Positions 52,579-64,000 of a DNA stretch of 64,000 nucleotides are shown here, piece after piece. Source of the stretch: Cystobasidiomycetes sp. EMM_F5. Its lineage: Eukaryota. The notes beneath the pieces were generated by a model. That model ran no database searches. It saw only the letters and a list, made by a program, of their open reading frames with translations, and was not told the DNA's origin. Made by a program: the position numbers and the translations under genes. Location: positions 1 to 64,000 of the forward strand of contig JBPGPT010000022.1 of NCBI GenBank assembly GCA_051047955.1. Reading direction: 5' to 3'. Each line of letters begins with the position of its first letter. Position 1 is the stretch's first letter.

Positions 52579-52616
52579 GGAAGGACAGCCTCGGACGTTC
52601 TCCGATGTGAAGAGCG
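52579..52616. promoter_or_regulatory. Conserved upstream block with TCGGA-N5-TCCGA palindrome (copy B)
   Basis: GGAAGGACAGCCTCGGACGTTCTCCGATGTGAAGAGCG, near-identical to 51342-51379. Confidence 0.55.
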
Positions 52617-53083
52617 AAATGTTCGAGCGACAAAGGGTAACGGAAGGTGTCCGAACTCATGATAGAAGTCTGATGGTCGTACGCGTTGCCCGGACGAAAG
52701 AAATCAAGAATGGCGTTGCCTGTAAGCCAGCCACTGGATCATTGACCATTCGTCATATCAAAGGGGTCACGACATTGACGGTCTGTACATGTTGCGTATC
52801 CGTATGTCACCATAGCTAAAACATCATGGCTGACTGACGGCACGCGCGCGGTGGCAGTATTTTGCTTTAAACGCCTGTGAGGTAAGCCTTGATCTTCTGT
52901 TGATCTGGCCTGAGGCGATAGCAGAAGGCGCGTAACGCCGACGTAGCGCTGCGGCTCCTAAGACGTTCATACGATGCGAGATGTGAGAAGAGCGCACGAT
53001 GCTCGCCGCGAATCGCACACTAATTTGTCGGGCGAGCAATACGACAAATGACGAGCAGCAATATAGGCAATTGCGTTCGCTTG

Positions 53084-55053
53084 CTACGTGCTTGTCGTGC
53101 TACCGTTGCTCTGAGGGCAAGTAATGACGGGCAGAGAGGATTCATCATTGATGTTGAACAGCGTCGGCTGACGAGACATTGTATAAGCGTGTTGCGTCAG
53201 GGCGAAGCTCCTGTCCAGAGATCCCGAGTCGCGGTAGTGCAAAGTGAAACCATCATTATGTTGTATCCATTGGCAGCAAGCGTCATCTCGTCCGAACAGG
53301 GACCAGTAAGCACTTCCGACCACCCCATTCGTATTTTCCACATCATTTAAAAAAGTTGGTAGCGAAGTCGGTCCAACTTTCAGAGCTATGAGTGCAGCGA
53401 ATGGGATAAGCAATAGCCACGAGAGCGCAAACATCCATTTCTTGATGACGATGCGCCGCCTCACAAGTACTGCTGGCATGAGCGATGGATCTGGAGTTGG
53501 AGGCGGTGTTTCACGGCGTTTTGAGATGTCTTCGTCGCTCTCTGCTTGAAGCGCAGGCTGCAGCATTGGTATATGAGTCGCCGGTCGATGCTTACCAAAG
53601 CGACGCGGAAGGGTAATGATCCAAGGGAACCAGCGAGACGGTAAGCAGAACCCCACCGCAACAAAGAAGAGGGGAATCAAGCATGCCAAGAGTGACAAAT
53701 TCTGATACTTTTGCGTCCAGTCGTACTCTCCAACATAGACTGGTGGGTTTGTCAGTAGTGCGCCAGTAACTGCGCAAAGATCGTACTTACATGCTTTACC
53801 AGCGGACGCCACTAAGCTAGCATCGGCCCGCATCTTGGCGCGATTGAGAGGATAGAAGTGGTCGGAACTGCAAGTGCTGCTGTAAGAAGAAGACCTCGCA
53901 GAATCTCTGGTGCGACCTACTACATGTCAACAGTCGGAAGAACAAGCGCGTCCTGCTGTATGCCGTAGCTTCCGTCCATGGTAAGCTGATTTGGAGCGAG
54001 GGCCTTTATGAAACTGGTAATATCTTTTGTCCACGATGTGGGCACGGGGCTTAATTCATTGCCGGTCTCCCACGCCAGTATAGTCGGGTCCCGAGCATAG
54101 CTTATCTGCGTACGAGATTGTCAGTCTTGCCGTGTCGTCGCAATCGACTCATGCATATATAACACACGTTGGTATACGTATTTGTCCTATTGAGCAGCGT
54201 GCCTATGTACTGCTTGAAGTCCGAGACCACATCGGCATTGATGAAGAACTGATTAGGATCGCTCAGGGACAAATTTCTGAAACTCAAAAAGGAGAATTTG
54301 CCTATTGGAGAGACGTTAGATGGCCGTAGTTAGAACAGTAAGGCTGTGCTGCACCACAGACTGACTAACCGCCGTGATAGTACGCATATTGATCAGTCAG
54401 TGGGATAATGAGACGCAACCCGTATCTGCAGAGGAACAACGCATCAGACGCTACGTGAGTTGGTGACTTGAGACAGGCGTACCTCCTAGCAGTGTATACT
54501 GCAAAATCTACGACACGCAGAGCTTGCTCGTTGAAAACGCCAAGAGAAGGTTCTATAGCGAGCGGATGTCCGGTCGAAACACCGAGCGTTGTTGACCTCA
54601 CGGCCGTAGCTCCCATTGCAGCGGCTGTTGCGAATATTTCCTGCACAGTGAAGCTTAGTGTTCAGGTCACATCAGCGGCACAATTGATATCACAGCTACC
54701 GTGACGCGACTTTGCGACGGGTAGGATATCGTGTTTCCGACATTCTCGTCAAGTCCGAGCCAGTATACTGAGAGACTGAATATGTAAGCCTGCCCCAGTC
54801 ATGTAATTTGCGCCGGTTGCTCACTGTTGGGTCCCACGGCCTTCCACTCGGAGCCAGAAAGATACAGCTTTGATGCATTGCGAGTGACAAATGCACTGAT
54901 AGCTGGGCGGCTGAGACTGGACGGGCTCGAGACGGTGAAGGCTGATGGGAAGGTCAGGCAGCTGGATTGGCATCATCATGGAATCTTCAGCGTCGATATG
55001 ACCAGCTCTGTCAATATCTATATCATGGCTTACGAGCTGGCATTGCCCGACAT
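53084..55053 (-). CDS. GH5 endo-beta-1,4-mannanase-like hydrolase with two inserted TM segments; spliced (start uncertain)
   Basis: FVTRNASKLYLSGSEWKAVGPN, MGATAVRSTTLG, RLIIPLTDQYAYYHGG, AWETGNEL (acid/base), DHFYP, VGEYDW (nucleophile), YWSLFG...HNDGFTLHY. Confidence 0.85.
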
Positions 55054-55201
55054 GGTTGCGCAGTCAGTGCTTGTTCAGCATGTTGTGCGCGACATCTGTG
55101 TTATCCGACTCGGTGTCGGAGTAATCATAAGCATCATGATGTGCACTACGACGTCATTGAAGCTAGGCTACAAAAACAATACGAAAAGTCGATACTGCCA
55201 T

Positions 55202-56147
55202 TCATTGATCCTTCTTGCTCTCTCCCGTCTGCCCGCCTTGCATCTTATTTTCAAGACCGCGAAGCAACTCGATACTCGTCAACGCGTTGATTGCCATCAG
55301 ACCAGCAGGAATCAAGACAAGCAGCACAATGAGTGCCGAAAAGATGAGTGCCGGGGACGTAAAGGTGTATCTGTAGAGGAGTCCAGCGTTGGGATCTACA
55401 GTCGCACTCTTGTTCTTGCTTGCAGAGTAGCCTGGAGCGAATGGCGATGACGAGCTTCCTTGCGAGGTTTGTGCAACTCCGCTTTCCTCATCGACCGGCA
55501 TCGATGCAATCGCATCCCACTCTTCGTCACTGATCTGACGCTTTTGCCGGTAGTGCTTGCCCAGGTCTGGCACAGAAGAGATGACTACGATTCGGCGTGA
55601 TGTTGGCAGCTCGTCCAGGGATTCTTGTACGAGACGGTCTGTGACAGAGGAAGCAATCAGTACAGCACTTCAACCCGTATAGGTGTATACGCATACCCAA
55701 ACCTGCCAACCACTCTTTCCGACTGTTCGGGTGGATCTTTACAAATTGCCGTGCCGTTCTGAAGGTAGTCTGGGTGTCGCACCCCGCGAACCGTCTCCCA
55801 ATCATGTCTTTGAGGTTCTCTATCGCTCTCCCTTGAACGTATGGCAGCGTGAGGCTCGTCTGCGCCCTCTCCATCTCGTATCGAATCACAGAATCCTGCG
55901 GCAGCAGTGCGATATCGTTGACTCCAAACGACGGCGCCGACACGATGAGCGCGTCGATGCATTCCTCGCCTTTTGACGCGGCCAGCTTGATCTGGTGGGC
56001 CTGCGAGGCTGCAGCGCTGTACGGCCGCAAAGACTCCAAGTTGGCACTCGCTTTGTCGCTGAAGGCCATCAGAGCGTGCGTATTGGCAAACCCAGCATGG
56101 GCAAGCAGCGGCAGCAGCGCTATGCTGGCAGTGAGATATGTGAGCAT
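55202..56147 (-). CDS. Voa1/Big1-like (V-ATPase S1-type) ER membrane protein; spliced
   Basis: Signal peptide plus FANTHAL start; C-terminal GLLYRYTFTSPALIFSALIVLLVLIP...INALTSIE TM segment and KKDQ* dilysine-type end. Confidence 0.7.
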
Positions 56148-56329
56148 GCTAAAGTCGGTGAGTGAAATTGTTGGCGAAAGAACTACCTCGACGTCGGTTC
56201 TGGTTCCCGATGAATGTGCACTTCTCCGATATCAAACAAAACGTGTATATTCTCGCGCTTCTCCTCATTGACATGCGTACAACAACATTTCCTAATGAGC
56301 CCGACGAGCGAAGAGATCGTAAAGCTCGT

Positions 56330-59300
56330 TCAAGTCGCTTTGGCTTTCGCTAGACACTGCGGGCACTTGACAGGCAGACTGCTCCGTGACTTCAACTGAG
56401 ATGCAAAGAGAATTTTGGCAGAAATGTCGCGGTCCCGGTCTGTGTCCTTCTGACCGGACAGAATCGAGTTGGAGAATGACTGAGGTCGTGGTGGAAGATC
56501 GATATCGGGTAAGGCGCACGATATGTGATAGATGTGACGACAGAGGAAGACGATCGTAACTGCTTCTGCTGATGTTGCGCTAGCTGATGTCGAGGTGGTT
56601 GGCTGAGGCGGAGCAAAGGCTGGCTTGCCACACTTGAAGCATAGAGTGCTTTGTTTCGAAGCAAAGAAAGCACTCGATTGTCCGGTATACAAGCTTAAAG
56701 TGAGGCGTCGACAATCCGTATCGAGTATAGATTTGCACCCTTCAATAAGCGAGATCTGAAGGCGTAGAGTCAATTCGTGCTTGAGTGCCGCTCAGACCGC
56801 TGGCCACTGTACCTGTATATTGAAGTCTTGCAGTATCTTGATTAGAGCCGGCTTCAAGCCTGGTATCTCCAGGCCGTTCTGTATGCGCCGAATCAAGCGT
56901 ATTGGATCAATTTCCGGTCCGACGTTTTCGAGCAATCCGCGAATGAAGGCTGTTGAGTATCTACCTCAACTCACACTCGGTCTGCGTTGAGGTCTAATTT
57001 GTCCTCACTTGGCTTATTCTCGGAGTATCTAAGTAGGTCCTCCCATAGCTCTTGATCGTTCTGTTCTTTGGCGAAATCAATGGCTTTCTGGACGTGCCCA
57101 AGCCTTTCGATGATGAGTGTCAGAGCTTGCTTGTTGTTACCCATCCTGCCGAGAAGGTAGACCATCTCCGGAACGTAATCTCGCGTTTTGCAATTTTCAT
57201 ACGCCTACAGAGTGATCATTCCCTAGTGAGTACCATACATACGCGCGAGACACATGTAGACGTACCTTTTCCAGATTGTAAGACGTGCTGGAGCGTAAAA
57301 AGTCCAGCAGTCTCGGATACTCGTACTCGGCTAACAGATCGACCATTAGATCGCTGTATTCCACGATAGACGTTGCGTCTTTGCTCCACAAGGCGTCCAG
57401 ATACATATACAAATACCGACGATTGCTTCGCAGCTGTGCAGTCACTCGTGGAATCTGTATAGTGAAAATTATATCTGATTGCAGTTCCTTCCGTTACGAG
57501 TGACCTACCGGTATAGATTGAGTATGATCAACCAGTAGATCTATAGCTTGACCATGCTTGCTTTGATCTGGAGCATCAGCTGAGCTCGGCAGACTTGGCT
57601 TGTCGATAAGTTGCCGTCGCTGCATGTCTTGATCGAAATCGATAAGGAGTAGGACCTGGTCTTGCACGTCGGGGAAAAGATTGTGCTCTCGTATGAGATC
57701 AAACACTCCGGGCCGTCGAAGGCGCAGGTAGTACTGCAGAGCCTTCCCGGGTTGTCGATTCGTCTGATGAAGCTCGATCAGGCATTCCATAAGCTTCAGT
57801 GCGGATTGAGATGTGGTGTCGCGATCGATTTCTGCCCTAATGGCATTAACAATAGCTTGGAAGTCATAAATATCTTGAGGCCACGTCTTGATGGTTTGCA
57901 ACAAGAGCTAAAGAAAGGGCCGTTAGTCTGTGCTTCTGGTCATCGGCCGTTGTGTAAACCATACATTAGGGTCAGTCCGCATATAATGACCCAGGATCAT
58001 CTCATAGACTATCTTGCTGAGTCGAGGATCGTGCGTCGGGACATACGGGATGACCGTATCAATGTGCTTTTTCTGCACAAACGCAAAGATCCAATCCTCC
58101 CATGCCTTGACATCGTCACCAAGAATCTTGTGCAGATTCTGAGCTGCTTTCTCGTAGTTACCCTGCTCAAACAGGTGCCGAAGAAAGTTTTGACCAATTT
58201 CTGTCACATCGAAAGCAGGTTTCCTGCCGTTCCTAGCCGACGGAAGGATACCTTTAATGCGATTCGCCTCGACCGCACGTAATGCATCCTCGTAGCGTTG
58301 ACGTTCGCACAGCCAGGCGATATGATCCATCACATCTCGCCGCTTCACGACAACAACATCCGTTGGCGAGACTACGAAGTAGCAGTCTGAAGTTGTCGCC
58401 ATTCCTCCGCCTTCCACGCTGTCAGTTGGGAAGTAGCTGACAGCATGATAGTCGTTGCATCGATATCGCTCGTACCCTGTGATGCCAAGAACATCCGAAG
58501 ATAGCTCCTCGCCTGATGTAATGCTTATGATACGTAGTTCTGGAGGTGGAGAAGCTTTTCTCTTCTGCTCGGAGCGGTCCAAAGTCGCTTCATTTTGGTA
58601 AGTTTCTGAAGATAGGTATGACAATACCAATACTTGCGACGTAGTCTGATACGTCTCCTTCTGCGACCGTCGGCCATTTTTGGTTGATGATGCCGCCGAC
58701 GATGCGTTGCGCTGGTAGAAATCGTCTGGCAGAAAGGGCATGATGCTACTAATCATGCAATCAAGCTGAAGCACATTGACCACCTCAAAGGTCGGACGCT
58801 TGTCTTCTGTACTAGCATGAGTACCTCCTCCCAGACCGGGCATCAGATTGCCCATGCTGGCAAGAGGATTGACTGAACTGATGGAAGCAGTATCAGAGGC
58901 GTCACCTTCTTTCGTCGGCGGCCGCGGTCGCCGTCTCTCTCTAAGCTTGACAACTTTGATAAAATCCGCCCAGGCTATCAGCAGCGTAGTGTCACTTTGC
59001 CAGTAGAGAGAGCAGGGAAAGAGGTCGGCCCGCGGTGACTTCTCAGCTCGCGGTATGAATGCGACTCTTTGGCTTAGATGGGTGTCGTATATTCGAACAC
59101 CGCGATCGTTGGACCATGCTATGTGATTTCTTCGCCAGCGGACCGTCCCTATCGGCCCTTCCCCGCTGTGCAGAGTAACATCCTTCGGCCCCAGCCAACC
59201 CTTTTCATGCAATATGAGCGAGCCGGCGGACCCACCACTAACGAATTGCCGAGTTGATCTTGATGCGTAAGATGGCTCGAGAGCCAGGCATCGCAAGGGT

Positions 59301-60094
59301 CGCCCTAGATTAAACTGCTGCGCATCCGATGTAGCTACTTGGAGAATTGTAACTTTGCCTGTGAGACTATGTTAACATACGGACTGAGAGTCGGCGACGC
59401 TTGTTATAACCCCACCATCCATAGACGCTGTTCCGATATACTGACTGTCCTCATCAATTGTGATTTCGGCAACCATTGCGGAATGTGGACGGTATTTTCG
59501 GATAATGACGACCGCTTCGTCTTCTTCGGCAGTTTCGACATCATGGAGCTTCTCTACTTCTTTGCCCTTGCCCTTGTCTTTGACGACTGTCCCCGCACGG
59601 GCAAGCACCACGACTCCACCGCTGTGCGTACCCAGTACGAGATACTTTGCGGACACGGCTACTGCAGAACAGCTGTCCCGAGCGAAGATGTCTTTGATGG
59701 CTGTGGAGTGAAGCCGAGAATATCTGAGCGTTGGCTCATCATCGTCTTCACCGTCCTCTTCCTCGTCGCCGTCAGTATCTTCATCAGAGCCGTCTTCGTC
59801 TTCGTCGTTGCCATTTGACGTATTGCCGACAACGCTATGACTGCTGCCGGCGACACTGCTAGCCCGGCGAGGCTGAGAGGGACCAGCTTCTGGGATATGT
59901 TGATCTCCATTGAGAAGGTCTTCTTCCTCGACTACCAGCTCGTCAGACCTGGCATCCGATGGGTCGACGTTCCTGTCGTCCAATTCTGGTGCATCATCAT
60001 GAGCCTCAATAGCATCCTTCGTTGCCGATGTCTGGCTGTCATCATGGTTATTCACGGGTTCAGCTCCTTTGCTCTTGCCTTTGCGCCGCGGCAT
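56330..60094 (-). CDS. VPS41: HOPS subunit Vps41; spliced
   Basis: EPTLRYSRL, LGTHSG, FVSGG, LHSGEGPI, PRADLF, RDVMDHIAWL, clathrin repeat (MVYLLGRMGNNKQAL), C-terminal RING (CFKC...CRHIYHISC...CPQC). Confidence 0.95.
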
Positions 60095-60371
60095 TGGACG
60101 TGGTCAAAGCCATGCAAGGACCGCAATGTTTTTGATACAAAGCACTTGTAAATTATTACAAGATGCACACGTATGCAGCAAATGCGAGGTATAGCAACAA
60201 CACGGAACCGGGTATGCGATCTTCTGCCAGTGCTACCGAAACCCTTGCTTTTACTGCACTTGACCACGATGAATTAGCCCTACCAACGTAGATTCACCTC
60301 ACTTCATATCATGTCTCTGTCAGGATAGAATGATTAGGATCTAAATCGCTAGCGGCGCACGGTGATATGAC

Positions 60372-61532
60372 TTACTCGTCATCGTCATCAGGCTTTCTCC
60401 GCCTGCTTTCCCTGCTTGCTTCGTGCTGAACATACCGAGAACCGTCCCCAAGATCGTCGTCAAGCTCATCCACGTCTCTTCGCTTCCTGGGATTGACGCC
60501 ATCAACAAGCCCGTGCCCGTTCCCTTGATGCGACCCGTTGCTGACTTGCTGGTGATACTGTGCCATAGCCAAGGAGGCTTTATAAATCCCCTCGTACGCT
60601 TCTATCTGGCGTTGAAAATTGAGATTGGGCGAGACACAAAATCTTCGATTTTGCACGTATTGGTAGGCTCGCTCGTGGTCAAGGTCCAGTGACGCCATGA
60701 CATAGGCGGTCCTACGTAGCTGTCGGTCAGACGCAACTCCCAACTGTGATGAAGGATAGCTATAGGAAACTCACACTATTGCTGGCGAGCGTGAGATACC
60801 ATCGCCGCAATGTACCAGTACTTTACCTCCCTTGTACAAGGCATCGTCGATGAAGGCTTTGGCTTGTGGGAACACGCGAATAAGGTTCTGATCTTGGGCA
60901 TCACGTACCTCGAGACATAGGTAATCAAACGTCTCTGGGAATCTAGCTTTTACTAGATGCTGTTCTCTCCGTTCCGATATACACACTATGCTCGTGATGC
61001 CCTTTGCTGTCAGACTTTCTTTACTTCTGGACGCTTGGTACGGCCCGACGAAGAGACCGGGAAGTACTTCTTGTGCTTCTCTCCGCATCTCGTACGACCA
61101 CTCTGTTACGGGATCGTGCATACCAGGGACGGATGACAGCGGCGTCTGCATTGCTGCAAAGGGTGTGTTGGGCAGTGGTACGGGATCCTGGGAGGCACCT
61201 GAAGCGAGAGCACGAGCATGAAGAGGTAAACTACGCGTAGGAGATTGCGGATCATGCGGGACGACGGTAGGGTACGTAGATGGGTGGGGAAAGCCATTCA
61301 GAGAAGAATGCGCAGAGGAAGAGTAGTGCTGCTGCTGCTGCTGCGAGGGCTCTTGCTGAGTGGGAAGCAGACCTTGGTCGCGGTACTGGCCTATTCCGGA
61401 ATCGTTTGAGCTGGGTACAGCCATTTCGCTGAATTCAATGCCAGACGGTACGAGGCCCCCATGGGGATCAGTGGAGGTGGATGGTAATGGCGGGTGCTGC
61501 ATCACGGCCTCGGTGAGCGCCGTGTCGTGCAT
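60372..61532 (-). CDS. STYX-like dual-specificity phosphatase; spliced
   Basis: EWSYEMRREAQEVLPGLFVGPY, QNLIRVFP, VLVHCGDGISRSPAIV, YVQNRRFCVSPN..FQRQIEAYEGIY. Confidence 0.85.
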
Positions 61533-61773
61533 GTCGTCCAAGCCAAGTCAGACGATGGCCTTGCTTGCTGCTGGACGTTGGCTGCTTTCATTGACTCCAA
61601 TTGCGATATCCTCGGACAATGACGAGCGGCGATGACGACGATATGCAAGTTGCGCACTCCCTAGTGACCCGTCTGGTCGCTATCATGGATTATAATACTG
61701 ACATGGTGTCCTGAATTGGACGTATTCCAGCCCAGAACTCATCGAAGCAGCCTCGGCGCTGACAACTGAACAA

Positions 61774-63440
61774 GTGCTGAACCGTAGCGACAGTGTTCAA
61801 ACAGCGACCAAGGATATCGACGATGATGCACCTTTCGACGAAAGCGACGATGAATCTGATATCCCACAATGCCCAATCACCCTCCTTACCGGGTTTCTCG
61901 GTAGCGGAAAGACAACATTGTTGAAGTTCGTTGAATCTACATGGCTTTTAGCAACGATTGCGCTGGAGACTTTCCGCTGATGCTGTCGTGATCCCCTCGC
62001 GTTCGTACACCCAATCCTACAGTTACATTCTGACAGAACAGCACAACCGGAAAATCGCAGTCATCATGAACGAGTTTGGTGATTCCGCCGACATTGAATG
62101 TATGCATGAAGGGACATGGTTTATTTTCTATGGCTCTAGCTGATGGTCGCGCTTCGTGTTTTAGCCAAATCGCTATCCATATCTGACCCAGACAGGGAGC
62201 AAGGCCTGTACGAGGAGATGCTCGAGCTAAATGTACGCTATTTTTGTTATGCCTGATAATAGCAACTAATGGATTATCTCGTCTAGAACGGGTGTATTTG
62301 CTGCACTGTCAAAGACTCTGGAGTGAAGGCTATCGAGACGCTGATGCAACGTCGGCGAAAAGAAATTCGTCGGAGTAGACTGTCCTCCAAAGGACGCTCT
62401 TCACCTACCAGTTCATCTACGACTCTAGACAAGGGAAAAGGAAAGGCTGTGTTTGATTACATACTGCTCGAAACGACAGGATTGGCGGATCCTCTGCCCG
62501 TCGCTCAAATGTTCTGGCAGGACGAAGCGCTCGCAAGTGAGATTTACCTCGACGCAATAGTCTGTGTGTATGTCTGAGGATTGAACGAGCAATCTTAGGT
62601 CGAGCTAGCTGACTATTCGTTATGCTTAGCGTCGATGCCGTCTATGCCCTCAAGCAACTCAGGCAGGATTATCCAGAGCGTGATGCGTTCACACAGTGAG
62701 GTTCGGTTGGACGAATACATGCTGAACTGATTTAGATTGCTTTGCAGGCAAATAGCTTCTGCGGATGTCATCTTGCTCAACAAGATTGATCTGGTGGACT
62801 CTTCACAGCGAGATGCTACCCGAGAGGCCATAAGGTGAGAAGTGCACACTAGTAGGGTCAATCAGGGTATCAGTATCTAATAAGGCTCGCCCACTTCAGC
62901 GCAATCAACGCTACTGCCCCCATACATTTCACGGTCAAGGGTGCTATAGATTTGCAGCGGATCCTTAACATTAATGCGTACGGGGCGGATGCTCGTATCT
63001 ATGGCACATCTCCCGGTCTATCGCGCCTGCTCGAGACTGAAGTGCGCAGTTCGAACGAGTGCCCTCATCATCCGCACGAACATACCCATGATCCGGCGCA
63101 TACTGGAATCTCGACGAGGTCTGTCGGTATACCTGTAATACTCAGTGCGACACAGAGGAGACAACTCGAGTCGTCTGTGCAAAGGTTGCTGTGGGATAGC
63201 TCGACCGGACTGGACATTCTCCGCACCAAGGGTGTCTTTTATGGGAAAGAGGAGGGGGATGACGAGAGTGTCTACGAGTACACCATACAAGGAGTGAGGG
63301 AGATTTACGAGGTCAAGCGGATGGGCAGAGTGAGACAAGTCAGCCATGACACGTCTGCCGCTCCGAATCCTCCTTCTGGCCGGCTCGTATTTATCGGGCG
63401 GCGGCTGGACTTGGTGCGGGATGACTGGACATCTCTGTAG
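61774..63440 (+). CDS. ZNG1: COG0523/CobW G3E GTPase zinc metallochaperone (Zng1/CBWD); spliced, true start slightly upstream
   Basis: [50 protein letters not shown], His-rich linker, CobW_C (ILRTKG...IQGVRE...LVFIGR). Confidence 0.92.
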
Positions 63441-64000
63441 AATGCGAGTCTGTGTATCGAATAGTCTGTGTTGCAATGCAATCCTACAGAGCGTTACCCT
63501 GCTATGCCTACTTGTAATGTGCATGTTCGATCATCACTCAACTTCGCCGACTCCGCCACTCCAACTTGATCCACGCTCGCTCTCTCTCTCTTCAAGCAAA
63601 AGCTCAAGTCTTTCGTGGCAGCTTCCCACAGCTTTCGGCAGTCTTTCAATATCACGACACTCAGTGCTCCATACGATACCCCCCACCTTCGTTTTCCTCG
63701 CTTCCTCGCCGCCGCCCTTTTGAATACGGCCCTCCGCTCGCTCGGAGGTTGTGCGAAACTTGCAAGACAAAAGCCCAAAGGAAAGTGATTATCGAGCTTT
63801 GGATTGGTATTGGAGGCTTTGGAGGGTGGACGAGGTGGGCAGCCTCTTATGATCTCCCGACGGGCTTACCTCGCTTGCACAGCTGACGGTCGTGCGTTGG
63901 TCACTTCTGACACCCAGCCAGCCAAACCGTCGACGATACACGACAGGACTTGCGTGGACTGACTTGAAGGGACAGTCCCGCTCTCCTCTTCTTCCAACTC

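Noticed and set aside
63441..64000. Short ORFs and CT-rich tract at the window end
   Set aside because: No supportable coding signal; likely UTR/promoter of a gene beyond the window.

Overview
Eukaryotic, intron-rich, gene-dense window from a basidiomycete fungus, probably a Pucciniomycotina-type yeast (inferred from short GT-AG introns, CTRAC/CTGAC branch points and an intronic snoRNA guide matching basidiomycete 18S). Housekeeping genes are an AKR7-type reductase, PRE1, RCY1, SPO7, a SAM methyltransferase, SUB1/PC4, RPL2, CBP80, IMPDH, a GH5 mannanase, a VOA1/BIG1-like gene, VPS41, a STYX-like phosphatase and ZNG1/CobW. The most unusual part is 11-27.7 kb, a co-oriented array of five GT71/MNN2-type mannosyltransferases plus a truncated relic. 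It is interleaved with four paralogues of a small spliced Cys/His zinc-finger-repeat protein family that I cannot name. Also present: two tandem 10-Cys secreted peptides largely invisible to the ORF track, an intronless orphan ORF, two adjacent genes with WRKY/GCM1/MuDR-like Zn domains revealed only after splicing, an snR54-like snoRNA in an IMPDH intron, and a duplicated small secreted protein pair sharing a conserved CGG-N7-CCG promoter block. Gene models were spliced by eye, so boundaries are approximate.
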